From the NCBI GenBank assembly GCA_036918135.1, contig JBALDB010000028.1, forward strand, positions 205,076-269,075: DNA of 64,000 nucleotides, given 5' to 3'. Position 1 is the first letter of the stretch, and each line of letters starts with the position of its first letter. This DNA is from Nostoc sp. GTDB taxonomy: Bacteria; Cyanobacteriota; Cyanobacteriia; Cyanobacteriales; Nostocaceae. Positions 10,616 to 22,300 of the stretch are shown here, one piece after another. Below the pieces are notes generated by a model. That model ran no database searches, had not been told where the DNA came from, and was given only the letters and a program-made list of their open reading frames with translations. The position numbers and the translations under genes were made by a program.

Positions 10616-11611
10616 ATGCCAATCTACGTTTACTGGGGTGAGGATGATTTTGCTATGGAAAAAGCGATCGCTATGCTGCGCGATCGCGTCCTCGATCCCC
10701 AATGGATCGGTTTTAACTACACTTCATTTCCACCGGAGCGAGCTGATGCTGCTATTGAGGCGTTAAATCAGGTGATGACGCCAACTTTTGGCGCTGGTGG
10801 ACGCTTGGTGTGGCTGATTAACACTACTGTTTGCCAGCACTGTCCAGAGAATGTATTGGCAGAATTGGGGCGATCGCTACCAGTGATTCCGGAAAACTCT
10901 TTTTTATTGTTCACCAGCCGTAACAAACCCGATGAACGACTCAAATCTACGAAATTGTTAAAACAATTTGCTACCGAGTTCCGAGAATTTCCACTTATTC
11001 CTCCTTGGAAAACAGAATTACTGGTGCAATCTGTTAACCAAGCTGCTCAAACTCTGGGCGTGAAATTGACAGCGAAAACTGCTGAGTTATTGGCTGAATC
11101 TGTAGGAAATGATACACGGCTTCTCTATAATGAGATGGAAAAATTGCGTTTACATGCCCAAGGTAGTCATAAACCTTTAGACGTAGATATCATTAGTAAG
11201 TTAGTAAGAAATACTACCCAAAATAGTTTACAATTAGCAGCAGCAATTAGAACAGGAGACACAGGAAAAGCTTTGATTACGTTAGCCGATCTCATCAATG
11301 CTTCTGAGCCTGGATTACGGATAGTGTCTACACTAATTGGACAATTTCGCACCTGGCTATGGGTAAAGATTATGATGGAAAGCGGTGAGCGAAATCAACA
11401 AGCGATCGCTCAAGCTGCTGATATCGGCAATCCTAAACGCATCTACTTTTTACAGCAAGAAATTAAGCTCCTTTGTGTAGAGCAGTTAATCTCTTGCTTA
11501 CCCCTGCTACTGGAGTTAGAAGTCAGCCTTAAACAAGGAGCATCAGAAATGTCAGCACTCCAAACTAAAGTAATTGAACTTTGTCAAATATGTCGAGGAA
11601 GTTCACAATAA
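10616..11611 (+). CDS. holA: DNA polymerase III subunit delta
   Basis: MPIYVYWGEDDF start, TPTFGAGGRLV, VGNDTRLLYNEMEKL. The upstream ORF extension is repeat-derived. Confidence 0.9.
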   Translation: MPIYVYWGEDDFAMEKAIAMLRDRVLDPQWIGFNYTSFPPERADAAIEALNQVMTPTFGAGGRLVWLINTTVCQHCPENVLAELGRSLPVIPENSFLLFTSRNKPDERLKSTKLLKQFATEFREFPLIPPWKTELLVQSVNQAAQTLGVKLTAKTAELLAESVGNDTRLLYNEMEKLRLHAQGSHKPLDVDIISKLVRNTTQNSLQLAAAIRTGDTGKALITLADLINASEPGLRIVSTLIGQFRTWLWVKIMMESGERNQQAIAQAADIGNPKRIYFLQQEIKLLCVEQLISCLPLLLELEVSLKQGASEMSALQTKVIELCQICRGSSQ

Positions 11612-11713
11612 ATATAAAAGCTTGATGTATTGGGCAATTACTGGAACTTCCTACTCCGAAAATAATTCAAAGTTGTTATAAGATACCTGATGTAGTTTTG
11701 TATTACACACAAT

Positions 11714-12181
11714 ATGAAGAAAATTTCTCATTTCTTTTCTCAATCTAACCGAAAGCGAATCCTTTCCCAATCATTATTTTTCGGTTTTGTAGCCACTGTG
11801 GGTTTGATTTCCAACGGTTTTTCATCAAGTTCAAAAGTTTATGGTCAAACTCCACCAGTTAACAATACAGAAATTAAAAGCTATGCCCAAGCGGTGCTAG
11901 CAATGGAACCAGCGCGTCAAAACGCGTTTGAAGAAATTAAAAAACTTATTGGCAGTGGAGAAATTCCCAAGATTGTTTGTAATGATTCTAACAGCATCAA
12001 TGGTCTTCCCAGAAAAGCTCAAGATATTGCAGTTAATTACTGTACCCGTTCTCAAAAAATTGTCGAAGATAATGGTCTGAGCATTGATCGTTTCAACAAA
12101 ATTACTATAGAACTGCAAAATAACAATAACTTAAAACGGGAGGTATATAATACCTTATTAATCCTGCAACAAACTCCATAA
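11714..12181 (+). CDS. DUF4168 domain secreted protein
   Basis: Signal-like N-terminus; YAQAVLAMEPAR, IAVNYC and GLSIDRFNKIT. Confidence 0.7.
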   Translation: MKKISHFFSQSNRKRILSQSLFFGFVATVGLISNGFSSSSKVYGQTPPVNNTEIKSYAQAVLAMEPARQNAFEEIKKLIGSGEIPKIVCNDSNSINGLPRKAQDIAVNYCTRSQKIVEDNGLSIDRFNKITIELQNNNNLKREVYNTLLILQQTP

Positions 12182-12415
12182 ATGAGATAGGGACATAGCA
12201 TTACTATGTTTATGTTAAAATAAAAATTAGAGATTACCATATTAAACCTGTAAGCAGTCAACAGTTATCAGAAAACATTGGGAACTGATAACTGGTAATT
12301 TTTTATTACTGGGTAGTAGCATAACCCCAAAATCGGATTTTTAGCAGATAAATTCCTATCTTTGCTTTGTTTATTTAATAGTTTTGACGTTATGAATTAA
12401 AAGCTTTACTGATGC

Positions 12416-12748
12416 TTATTGTTTAATTTTTAATAAAGGTAGCACCTTCTGTTTTAACAATTCAATTAAAGCTGGTTCCATATACTCATATTCATCTGGT
12501 ATATCTAAACATATAATTTTTTTATCTCTAAGGCAGCGCTGAAAATTTTTTGATAGCTTGTTTTTATGCGATTTTTCCATAACAAAGATAATATCAGCCC
12601 AAGCAAGTGCCTCTGTTGAAACTGGTACTTCTGTGTATCGGTCTAAACCAGCCGAGTCCGTTTCAAATCCTTGATATTCAGAAAACACAGCTTCGGCGGT
12701 AGGACTTCGCAACCTATTTCGACTACAAATAAATAAAAGCTTTTTCAT
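12416..12748 (-). CDS. Low-molecular-weight protein tyrosine phosphatase family protein
   Basis: LFICSRNRLRSPTAE (CX5R loop), SAG and LDIPD. Confidence 0.9.
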   Translation of the reverse strand: MKKLLFICSRNRLRSPTAEAVFSEYQGFETDSAGLDRYTEVPVSTEALAWADIIFVMEKSHKNKLSKNFQRCLRDKKIICLDIPDEYEYMEPALIELLKQKVLPLLKIKQ

Positions 12749-12768
12749 TAAAAGGTTGTCTTTGACTG

Positions 12769-13161
12769 CTAATTCATCAGCAAAACACGCAATTTTCGAT
12801 TTTTAAAGTCTGGTTCTAACCTTAAAACTTCCATTGGCGTTACACCTGAAAGCGCATAAGGTACTTCTGTAAGTTCCAAACAATCAAAAGTTCCTTGCCT
12901 TTCTCCAATACTTAATTCAACATCTCGAAAAATTCGCCCTTGCTGCACTCCAGCTGCAGTTTCTACCTGAGCTTCTCCACCTTGAACTAAACCTAGTTGA
13001 CTAATAACGCTAGTAGGTAAACACAGTAATGTTAAACCTGTATCAACTAAAACATCATCCAGCGTACAAGAGCGTACTTCCTCCAAAGAAATAAAGCCTC
13101 GCCCAGCCAGAACTCGCTCGATTCGATTTGTGACAGTGAGGGTAACTATTACTTGTCCCAT
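12769..13161 (-). CDS. Retropepsin-like (clan AA) aspartyl protease, possibly decaying
   Basis: VLVDTG motif and ETAAG flap. Confidence 0.7.
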   Translation of the reverse strand: MGQVIVTLTVTNRIERVLAGRGFISLEEVRSCTLDDVLVDTGLTLLCLPTSVISQLGLVQGGEAQVETAAGVQQGRIFRDVELSIGERQGTFDCLELTEVPYALSGVTPMEVLRLEPDFKNRKLRVLLMN

Positions 13162-13348
13162 CTGCTTACCCTAAAGATTTGGCAGTACTAGCTTACCCAT
13201 TTGAGTTAACTCTTGGTGAGGATTTTAAATTTATTGTAGTTGAGTAATAACCAGAGCTAGTTTCAATCCTTAAGCGACGAGGAGTGTACGAAAAAGTAGT
13301 ACAGTGAAAAATGCATCTAGTAGCGTTAGGATCTTGACTAAATTACCT

Positions 13349-14080
13349 GTGCGAAAAATAGTTATTGCCGGTAACTGGAAAATGTACAAAACCCAGGCAG
13401 AGTCCGAAGACTTTTTACGAGGATTTTTGCCCTACCTACAAGAAACGCCTGAAGAACGTGAAGTACTATTGTGCCCTCCTTTCACTGACCTCAGCGTTTT
13501 GTCTAGGAATTTACATGGTAGTCGGGTGCAACTGGGGGCACAAAATGTGCATTGGGATGAATTTGGAGCCTACACGGGTGAAATTTCTGCCCCAATGCTG
13601 ACAGAAATTGGCGCGCGTTTTGTGATTGTCGGTCATAGCGAACGCCGACAATACTTTGGTGAAACGGACGCCACTGTTAATCTGCGCCTGAGAACAGCTC
13701 AAAGGTTTGGTTTGACGCCAATTCTCTGTGTTGGCGAAACTAAACAACAACGAGATAACGGAGAAACTGAATCATTCATTACTCTCCAACTCGACAAAGG
13801 TTTGGTAGATATCGATCGAGAAAATTTGGTGATAGCCTATGAACCAATTTGGGCAATTGGGACTGGTGATACTTGTGAAGCTGTCGAAGCTAATCGAATA
13901 ATTGGCTTAATTCGTAGCCAATTGAGCAATCCAAATGTATCAATTCAATATGGTGGCTCAGTCAAGCCGAATAATATTGATGAAATCATGGCTCAACCAG
14001 AAATTGATGGCGTTTTAGTGGGAGGAGCAAGTCTCGACCCTGAGAGTTTCGCTCGGATTGTCAATTATAAGTTAGTCTGA
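13349..14080 (+). CDS. tpiA: Triosephosphate isomerase
   Basis: [39 protein letters not shown] start at 13349. Confidence 0.98.
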   Translation: MRKIVIAGNWKMYKTQAESEDFLRGFLPYLQETPEEREVLLCPPFTDLSVLSRNLHGSRVQLGAQNVHWDEFGAYTGEISAPMLTEIGARFVIVGHSERRQYFGETDATVNLRLRTAQRFGLTPILCVGETKQQRDNGETESFITLQLDKGLVDIDRENLVIAYEPIWAIGTGDTCEAVEANRIIGLIRSQLSNPNVSIQYGGSVKPNNIDEIMAQPEIDGVLVGGASLDPESFARIVNYKLV

Positions 14081-14205
14081 TGTGTCTTTTTTCGTTCCCA
14101 TGCTGTGCATGGGAATGGTTAATATCGCCGCAAGCCTTAGCTTCGATTTTTGAGTTTATCTGTGAAGTACTCTGAATTCTGACTTTTGAATTCTGACTTC
14201 TTTTT

Positions 14206-15057
14206 ATGCCAAGTAACTTGATAATTCGAGGACGCTGTTTCGAGTGGGGACAGCGAACTTATTTGATGGGCATTTTGAATGTGACACCTGATAGCTTTAG
14301 CGATGGAGGTGAGTTTGACACGACCTCTGCGGCTTTAGTCCAGGCGCAAGCATTGGTGGCTGCTGGCGCTGACATTATCGATGTGGGTGGTCAATCAACT
14401 CGACCAGGAGCAAAACAAATAACTCTCCAAGAGGAACTTGACCGGGTGCTATCGGTGTTACAGGTACTTAGAGGAGAAATTTCAGTACCGATTTCTGTAG
14501 ATACTACCCGTGCTGCTGTAGCAAGAGCCTCTGTAGAAGCTGGAGCGGATATGATTAATGATATTTCTGGCGGTAGCTTTGACTGGGAAATGTTGCCAAC
14601 AGCGGCCAGTTTAGGTGTGCCAATTATTTTAATGCACATCCGAGGAACACCACAAACGATGCAACAGATGACAGATTATCAGGATTTGATGGTAGAAATT
14701 TTTAGTTTTTTGCAAAACCAAATCGCGGCTGCAACTGCTGCTGGCGTTGACCGGGATCGGGTGATTATCGATCCTGGGATTGGTTTTGCGAAGAATTATC
14801 AGCAAAATTTAAAAATTTTTCAACAATTGCGATCGCTCACAGCACTTAACTGTCCTATTTTAGTAGGAGCATCTCGTAAAAGTTTCATTGGTCGGATTCT
14901 CAATCAACCAGATCCCAAAGCACGAGTTTGGGGAACCGCAGCAGCTTGTTGTGCTGCTATCGCGAATGGCGCTGATATCCTGCGAGTTCACGATGTCCAA
15001 CAAATGCGAGATGTTTCCCTGGTAGCCGATGCAATATTCCGACAAGCCGCACAGTAG
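14206..15057 (+). CDS. folP: Dihydropteroate synthase
   Basis: GILNVTPDSFSDGG, STRPGA, DPGIGF, SRKSFIG and RVHDV. Confidence 0.97.
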   Translation: MPSNLIIRGRCFEWGQRTYLMGILNVTPDSFSDGGEFDTTSAALVQAQALVAAGADIIDVGGQSTRPGAKQITLQEELDRVLSVLQVLRGEISVPISVDTTRAAVARASVEAGADMINDISGGSFDWEMLPTAASLGVPIILMHIRGTPQTMQQMTDYQDLMVEIFSFLQNQIAAATAAGVDRDRVIIDPGIGFAKNYQQNLKIFQQLRSLTALNCPILVGASRKSFIGRILNQPDPKARVWGTAAACCAAIANGADILRVHDVQQMRDVSLVADAIFRQAAQ

Positions 15058-15062
15058 GATTT

Positions 15063-15905
15063 TTAAGTAGCACCGTTTTCGGACTTTTTGCTGCTATCTT
15101 CGTGAGTCACCGACTGACCAATCAATTCCTGAAACATTTCACTTGAGTTGGCTGGGTCTACAAAGACAATTTTGGCATTATTGCTTTCTCCGAGTTGTTG
15201 GCTAGCCTTGACGTAATCTTGAGCCACGAGATACCGGAGAATTTCCTTGCTTTCTGGATTGGAACGTAAGGCTTTAGCAATGATCTCAACTGAAGTCATA
15301 GTTCCTTCTGCTTTGCGAATGGCGGCTTCCTTCTGTCCTTCTGCTTCAGTAATTAGTGCCCGTTTTCTGATTTCAGCAGCTTGCTGATCTTCTCTGGACT
15401 TGCGTACGCTCTCAGGTAGAGTAATACTTTGAAGATCTAAACGCAGAATCTGCACTCCCCAATCTGCCGTTATTTCATTCAACTGGTCTAAGATGGCTCT
15501 ATCCATCTCCGCTCTGGAAACATTGGTCTGCTCAAGGGTATTTTGGGCAATGATTTCCCGCAGCGTTGTTGTGGCCAGCTGTGTCAATGCTCCTTGAAGA
15601 TCTTCAATAGCGTAAAAGCTTTTTTCAATATTTGTAATCCGCCAGTATACAATTGCATCTACTTCTACGTCAACATTATCTTGAGTGATCACATTCTGGG
15701 GTTTGATATCGAGATACTGCTCTCGCGTAGTATCTTCCATCACAATTTGATCTACCAAGGGAACAATAAAGTTTAGCCCTGGCTTAAGTTTTCGATGATA
15801 CCGCCCCAAGCGTTCCACTAAGGCTTCATTACCTTGATTAATCAGTTTTGCAGAACCTAAGGCATAACCTATAAGGGCTAAGACTATAGCAATGATTGGC
15901 TCCAT
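15063..15905 (-). CDS. SPFH/band-7 (stomatin-like) protein
   Basis: N-terminal TM, LVERLG, PGLNFIVP and NVITQDNV. Confidence 0.9.
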   Translation of the reverse strand: MEPIIAIVLALIGYALGSAKLINQGNEALVERLGRYHRKLKPGLNFIVPLVDQIVMEDTTREQYLDIKPQNVITQDNVDVEVDAIVYWRITNIEKSFYAIEDLQGALTQLATTTLREIIAQNTLEQTNVSRAEMDRAILDQLNEITADWGVQILRLDLQSITLPESVRKSREDQQAAEIRKRALITEAEGQKEAAIRKAEGTMTSVEIIAKALRSNPESKEILRYLVAQDYVKASQQLGESNNAKIVFVDPANSSEMFQELIGQSVTHEDSSKKSENGAT

Positions 15906-16878
15906 ATATGCTCCTATTTAGCTGTTTGGGAGAATTTAGTGTCAAGGATATGCTACTAGCTTGTCATAACCTTTGATTAAATGTTTTGAGTCTGTAATTT
16001 TATGAACCCCGGTAGTGATGTCTAATGTCGATTGGCTGGGTGTTTTGGATGTATTCTGCAAGCAGGAAACTTTTGCGAAACGCGATCGCTATTAAAGCAC
16101 CTCGATCGCACCCTGGCAAGCAGTACTTTCTGTAATCAGCTTTACTTACACCAACATCTCCACAGAAACAAGATTTACTTACGTATATTTATTTTAAGTA
16201 AATAAATATACTTGAAATTTAGTAGTAATTTCAAAACTCTAGTAGAATCGAATTAAAATTATGTTCAGCCACTAAAAATAATATACAAATACTATAAGTA
16301 GGCTGCTCTCAAACTTATAGGTTTAATCTTACTTTTTACTGGTTGATACTTTTTTGTTCAAAACATCATATTTGTTAGGGGTTATTATTCAGTTTTTTCA
16401 CGCAGCTTACCTGTGGTAGCCTCAGTTTTAGCAATTATAGCAGGTGCGTTTACACAAGTATTTTTCACACAGAAGCTAGTAATTTGGGATAGATTTTATT
16501 AGATATTGGGATAGTACTAGTTTTCTTGAGTGATGAAGTAATTTTTAGCTTGAATAGCTTATAGAATTTATTGGTTGCTTTCACTGCATTAACAGTCGGC
16601 GATAAATAGATTCAATCAGGGCAGAATCAACTTTTAAAAATAGCAGAGTCAGGAGAATTTAACATAATCATTTTCTCCTGTTGTTAATTAAAGCTGAGGA
16701 GCATTAGGGCACTAAGATTAAATTTATGGCTAAGTACCGATTTGCAGAAGCTAGAAGCACGCATAACCAATCTCAACCAGACGAATAACCTCGCAATCAT
16801 GGCTTTGTTCAGGGGGGTTTTACTAAGGTTGAGGCTACTATTACAATGGAAACTATTGATTATGAGGACAAGGCAAGA

Positions 16879-17058
16879 ATGACCCAGGTTGTTCTAGGAG
16901 AGAATGAAGGAATAGATTCAGCTTTACGTCGGTTTAAACGCCAGGTTTCTAAAGCTGGCATATTGGCTGACGTAAAATATCATCGGCACTTTGAAACACC
17001 GTTAGAAAAACGTAAACGTAAGGCAGTGGCAGCTAGACGCAAAAGACGTTTTAAATAA
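16879..17058 (+). CDS. rpsU: 30S ribosomal protein S21
   Basis: [27 protein letters not shown]...[12 protein letters not shown]. Confidence 0.97.
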   Translation: MTQVVLGENEGIDSALRRFKRQVSKAGILADVKYHRHFETPLEKRKRKAVAARRKRRFK

Positions 17059-17211
17059 ACTTATTTGCTTTAGTACTGACGTTGCTTGGGGTAATAACCT
17101 ACGATAGGCAACGATGCAACCGCCATTATTCTTACAAAAATTAACCAAGATGTGCCGCACCCTGAGGGTGTAAATGAGTCAGTTTACCTATGCACAGAGT
17201 GTGTAGGAGGT

Positions 17212-17263
17212 TTATTTTGGTTGGATGGAGTAAGCTAAAATCGCTGTCCATCAACCAAAATAA
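17212..17263. terminator. Long hairpin between convergent rpsU and pth (possible terminator)
   Basis: TTATTTTGGTTG(G)ATGGA ... TCCATCAACCAAAATAA. Confidence 0.45.
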
Positions 17264-17358
17264 GCGCCCTAGAAGATGGAAAGATGCGGGAGATGAGCCA
17301 GATGAGGGAGAATAAATCCCAACTGTTAACTCCTAACTCAGCACTAGGTACTGGGCAC

Positions 17359-17994
17359 TCAGCACTCATTAATGGTGCGACTATTACAAAGATTCATCGC
17401 CTTTTCTACTCCCTGCTTGAGGCTTAGTTCTACACATTCAACCACAAACTGAAGTACAAGAGACATCAGCTGATTTTCGCTAGCGGAAAATCGTCCCAGC
17501 ACATGGGAGATAGCATCTGAATCATCATTATTAGCTGCATCTTTGGGTTTACCAATACCGATTCGCAAACGGGGAAAATTTTGGGTATTTAAATGTGCGA
17601 TCGCACTTTTCATTCCATTATGTCCCCCAGCCGAACCAGATAAGCGCAGACGAGTCTTTCCCAAAGGCAAATCCATATCGTCATAAATTATTAGCACAGA
17701 TTCAGGTGGTAATTTATACCAACTTGTTACTGCTTGTATGGCTTGTCCAGAACGATTCATATAAGTCAACGGCTTGAGCAAGCGAATTTTCCCTCCGCTT
17801 GGGGCCATACCCTCGCCATACTCTCCCTGAAACTTGCGATTTTCCGCTAGAGAAATGCGCCAAGCACTACAAAGAGCTTCCACAGCCGCAAAGCCGATAT
17901 TATGGCGTGTTTGGTCGTACTTGCTTTCTGGATTCCCCAACCCGACAATTAGCTGGGGAATCACCAAAGCTGGTTGTGTAACAGCTTGTGTCAT
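17359..17994 (-). CDS. pth: Peptidyl-tRNA hydrolase
   Basis: LIVGLGNP, TRHNIGF, KPLTYMNRSG, GGHNG and RLRIGIG. Confidence 0.97.
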   Translation of the reverse strand: MTQAVTQPALVIPQLIVGLGNPESKYDQTRHNIGFAAVEALCSAWRISLAENRKFQGEYGEGMAPSGGKIRLLKPLTYMNRSGQAIQAVTSWYKLPPESVLIIYDDMDLPLGKTRLRLSGSAGGHNGMKSAIAHLNTQNFPRLRIGIGKPKDAANNDDSDAISHVLGRFSASENQLMSLVLQFVVECVELSLKQGVEKAMNLCNSRTINEC

Positions 17995-18009
17995 TTTGCT
18001 ATAGTCAAT

Positions 18010-18242
18010 CAATTTTAGATTTTAGATTTGCGATAGCTAGCTCACGCCTAGTCTGTGAGCGTCCTTTGGATTGAAACAGACCACAAGGATACATAGCTTA
18101 GTGATTTTAGATTGGCGGTAGCGTAACGTCGAAACCAGCGTCTTTTAGATTTCCACGAGACGTTGCTCTCAACCGTAAAACAATCTAAAATCTGGCGTTG
18201 TGCTGTCAGCGCACCTTTGGCGCGACCTAAAATCTAAAATTG
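18010..18242. mobile_element. MITE-like element with 16-bp inverted ends built of TTTTAGA heptamers
   Basis: CAATTTTAGATTTTAG (18010-18025) and its reverse complement (18227-18242). Confidence 0.5.
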
Positions 18243-18252
18243 GTATCTTCTC

Positions 18253-18525
18253 CTAGCCAACTTGGGAAGAACTAGCAGTATCGTGCTGTGATTTAGCAGG
18301 CTCAATTTGCTTAGGTTCCAATTCAGCAGTAGTTTTCACAGTTTCTTCTAACTGTTCAGCTTCTTTTTGAAACTCGGTTTGAAACTCCTTAGAAGCTTCT
18401 TGAAAACTGCGAATTGTTTTGCCCACACTCCGGCCAATCTCAGGTAACTTCTTCGGCCCAAAGATTAACAGCGCCACTACCATAATTACAGCCATTTCCG
18501 GCAGACCGATACCAAATATATTCAT
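18253..18525 (-). CDS. tatA: Twin-arginine translocase TatA/E
   Basis: MNIFGIGLPEM...LLIFGPKKLPEIGRSVGK. Confidence 0.95.
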   Translation of the reverse strand: MNIFGIGLPEMAVIMVVALLIFGPKKLPEIGRSVGKTIRSFQEASKEFQTEFQKEAEQLEETVKTTAELEPKQIEPAKSQHDTASSSQVG

Positions 18526-18733
18526 TTTTTATCTCCAATAAACTCTAAAACCACTACATAGGCTCACATATTATTATGTAGTCTACTCAATAATCACCTA
18601 TTATAGAAAGCGATCGCCCCACCAGCGAGTGATGCCTTATGTGTGCGAGCGTCAAAGATTTAGAACAATTACAATCACTTTGTAAATACTTAACTTCACG
18701 TAGTCTACTCAATAGTTAGCACTGACTATTAAC

Positions 18734-18755
18734 AAAAAACCCGGACTAGCCGGGT
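18734..18755 (-). terminator. Rho-independent terminator downstream of psbH
   Basis: Minus strand reads ACCCGG-ctagt-CCGGGT followed by a T run. Confidence 0.7.
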
Positions 18756-18798
18756 AGTGAGTTCACTTGTTATCCAAACTAAATAACTCCGGTATCTA

Positions 18799-19002
18799 TT
18801 AGCGTCCTAAACTCCGCCAATCGACAAATACATCTTGAATCAAGATTGTTTTATTGTAAAGTTGCAGAATAATCAGCAGAAACACAAAAAACAGCAACAT
18901 AAAAACAGCCATTACAGGGGTAGTACCCCAACCTGGAGCCACCTTCCCATACTCAGAGTTCAGGGGTTTCAGGATATCTCCCAACCTAGTCCTTTGTGCC
19001 AT
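18799..19002 (-). CDS. psbH: Photosystem II protein H
   Basis: [31 protein letters not shown]. Confidence 0.98.
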   Translation of the reverse strand: MAQRTRLGDILKPLNSEYGKVAPGWGTTPVMAVFMLLFFVFLLIILQLYNKTILIQDVFVDWRSLGR

Positions 19003-19087
19003 AATTCACCTAAGATTACTTGCCCAAGCTTTTTTTAATCTTCTGTAATATTCTATAAGAATAGCACTCATAATCAATCTTTAAATT

Positions 19088-19219
19088 ATGGAACCCGCAA
19101 TAGTTCTTAGTATTTCTTTCTGCGCCGTCTTAATAACCATTACAGCCTATGGAATTTATACTTCCTTTGGGCCTCCCAGCAAGCAGTTGAGCGATCCTTT
19201 TGAAGATCACGAAGACTAG
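19088..19219 (+). CDS. psbN: Photosystem II assembly protein PsbN (43 aa; absent from the ORF track)
   Basis: Translated by hand as MEPAIVLSISFCAVLITITAYGIYTSFGPPSKQLSDPFEDHED; divergent from psbH. Confidence 0.97.
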   Translation: MEPAIVLSISFCAVLITITAYGIYTSFGPPSKQLSDPFEDHED

Positions 19220-19392
19220 GAAAGTCATTTTGTCAATAGTCATTTGTCAGTGGGAAATCACAACTGACTATAAAAAAGTGACTTCAAAATAGAAAAGTAT
19301 TTCTTGTAAAGTGGTGTCTCGCCCGCCAATAACCAAAGGCGGACAAGATGCCCACTTCATAAGATTAGATAATTTGGCAATCCTTTAGTGGC

Positions 19393-22300
19393 TTACTCAA
19401 GCTTAGGGTTAGTCGCTGGTATTACCTTGAAGCTGGCGATTTTCCAAGGCTGTATTGTCAAGATTTGTTGCTCAGATGAGAATTCAGGAGTAGTAGTAGG
19501 AGAACGTTCTAACAAATCTACCGTATTTCCTAGACTCATTCCTAAATCGCTTTGCAAAGATAACTCGGCTGTTTCTCCATGACATTCATAACACCGCAAA
19601 ATTAATTGCTGTGGGTCATCTTCTGCTGGCTTCAAAGCCATCAAAACGAGATTTTGAGATGATAAATCCAAAAAACTTGCTGAGTGTTGAGTGTTGAGTG
19701 TTGAGTGTTGAGTGTTGACTGGGTTTAGTATCACTTGTAAGGGTATATTCAATTCATAGCCACGCTGCACTGTATGGGCTGCTTCCCAGCTACTTGCGTG
19801 GGGATACAAGGCATACGTAAATTCATGCAAACCCCGGTCAGCCTCTGGATCTGGCCAATTGGGACTGCGTAGTAGTGTCAGGCGTAATTGATTGGCTTTG
19901 GCATCGTAACCATATTTACAATCATTTAACAAACTGATACCGTATAAACCTTCGTTTGTCTTTCCTGTTAAATCAGCCCAACGCAAGGCAGAGACTTCCC
20001 ATTTTGCTTGTTCTGCGGGGGTTTGCGGTTTAGTTGTCCGGCGAATTGCGCTACAGGGAATTTCGTAAGTAGCAAAGTCTGCTTCAATGTTGAGAGGAAA
20101 AGTAGCTTTCACTAATACCTGATTTTCTCGCCAATTAACCCTAGAGGAAATTTTTAGCACAGGCGAACCGACTTGGAGAATATAATCTTGGCAGAATTCT
20201 GATTCGCCCAACTGACGAACTACGCGCAAACGATTTTCTACCACACCTTGTTCTACCCACTCAATAGATAGAAGATTTGTTGAGGGTAAGGGATGCTGAG
20301 TGTAATTGGGGTCTATATTCCAAGCATCCCAATATTGACCGCTGTCTTTAAAAGCTTGTAGTTGATTCCCTGCACCACTCAAAATTTCGCGTTGACAAGT
20401 TTTGTCAATAACACTTGATAAATCTCCTGTGTCAGGATTGACAATAACTCGGAGGAATTCATTTTCTAGAACCCATTCTGGGGATGAGGGGGATGAGGGA
20501 GATAAGACGGATGAGGGAGAAAGCCAAAAAAGACGGTAGCCTACAGGTGGGATGTCGGCGGCGAGAAATAGTAGGTTGGATGGTTGAGATAATTGGGAAA
20601 TAAGCAGTTTGCCAGAAGCATCGTAAATCTGCCATTGTTGGGTAGCTGTTGCTGGTGTGGGTAAGGTGATAGAAACTACCTCAGAACGCTGCCAATTGAG
20701 AGAATTAAAAATGAAAATAGGTAAACTATTGGGCTTTGGTGGTTGCGGTAGGGTAATGTGAGATGCGATCGCCAGCAATGATTCCTGTAATATCTTTGTT
20801 CCCACTGCTTCGATTTGTTGCCATTGAGGCAAGGCATCCTGATAAACTTCGGTAATGGAAGAACCAGGCAAAATATCGTGAAACTGTTGAAATAATAGCT
20901 GTTTCCATGCTGCTTCAATTTCCGCTTTTGGATAAGTCACCTCACAGGTGATGTTTGCCAAAGTTGCAAATAGTTCAGCTTCATACAACAAAACTTCACA
21001 ACGACGATTCTGGCGTTTTTGGTCTGCATGGGTAGTGTAGCAACCGCGATGGAATTCGAGGTATAATTCGTCGTTCCAAGTGGGGAAGGGAACAGGAGAT
21101 GAGGGAGAACAACTACTGAGTTGTGAATTCTGACTTCCGACTTCTGCCTTGATTTGCTGTAAATACTTTTCGGCAGTGGTAAATTTTAAGTCTGGGAAGA
21201 AAGGTGACTTTTGCCAGCGTTGGGCGGTTTCTAACATATCACGGGTGGGGCCGCCGCCGTGGTCGCCGACACCAGGAAGCCAGAGAGAATCTGGTAAATC
21301 AGTTTGGCTTTGCCACTCTAGAGCATATGATGCCATTTTAATTGGGTCGATCGCTTCACCGATGCGTGCAGACATCAAACTAAAGACTTGGCTACCATCA
21401 GGCGATCGCCACCAAAAAGCACCATAATCAAATTTAGTAGTATCATTCCAACATAACTTTTGGGTGACAAAATACTCAATTCCGGCGTTGGCGAAAAACT
21501 GCGGTAAAGTTGCACAAAAACCAAAAGAATCTGGAACCCAGACCACAGTTGAAAGTTTGCCAAATTTTGTTTGTACGTATCGCTGACCATACAATAGCTG
21601 ACGCACAATCGATTCACCAGCAATTAAGTTCAGTTCCGGTTCTACCCACATTCCGCCGACAACTTCCCAACGTCCGGCTGCTACTTGTGCTTGAATTTCG
21701 CTAAATAAATCCGGGCGATGTTCTTCAATCCAAGCATAAAGCGCCGGAGTCGAATGACAGAAAATTAACTCTGGAAAATCTGCTTGCAACTTCAAAACCG
21801 ATGCAAAAGTGTTTTGGGCTGCATTCCAAGTTTCACTCACAGGCCACAACCATGCTAAATCTAGATGAGCATGACCCAGTAAGTAGATTTTAGATTTAAG
21901 ATTCCCCCAACTCCCCTTCAAATAGGGCGCTAAGATTTCAGAGTCAATCAAGTTTTGCCTTAATGACTTTATTAATTCCGGCTTTGCATCTGGGCGGTTG
22001 GTTACCTCTTTCACCGTCTTTACCAAAACATCCAACTTGTCTGGTGCAAAGTTTTGCAAATAAAGTTGCAATACAGCCAACTCATCAGCCACAAAACCCG
22101 GATCGGGATTATTATCATCATTAGACTCATAGACAAGGAGCGATCGCACTAAAGCACCATCACAATGTCCTGGACTGACTAAGCGCACAGTCACAATAAA
22201 TTCTTCCCCTGGTGTTACCGCGCGACTCAAAAGCACTCTCGGTGAAGAATCAAATAAATCTCCCTCCAGCACTAACTCCCCATTCAGATAAATTTTGGCA

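Noticed and set aside
16132..16145. NtcA-like GTA-N8-TAC site in the long SPFH-rpsU intergenic region
   Set aside because: A 6-bp pattern is expected many times by chance in 64 kb, and I could not establish supporting promoter context.
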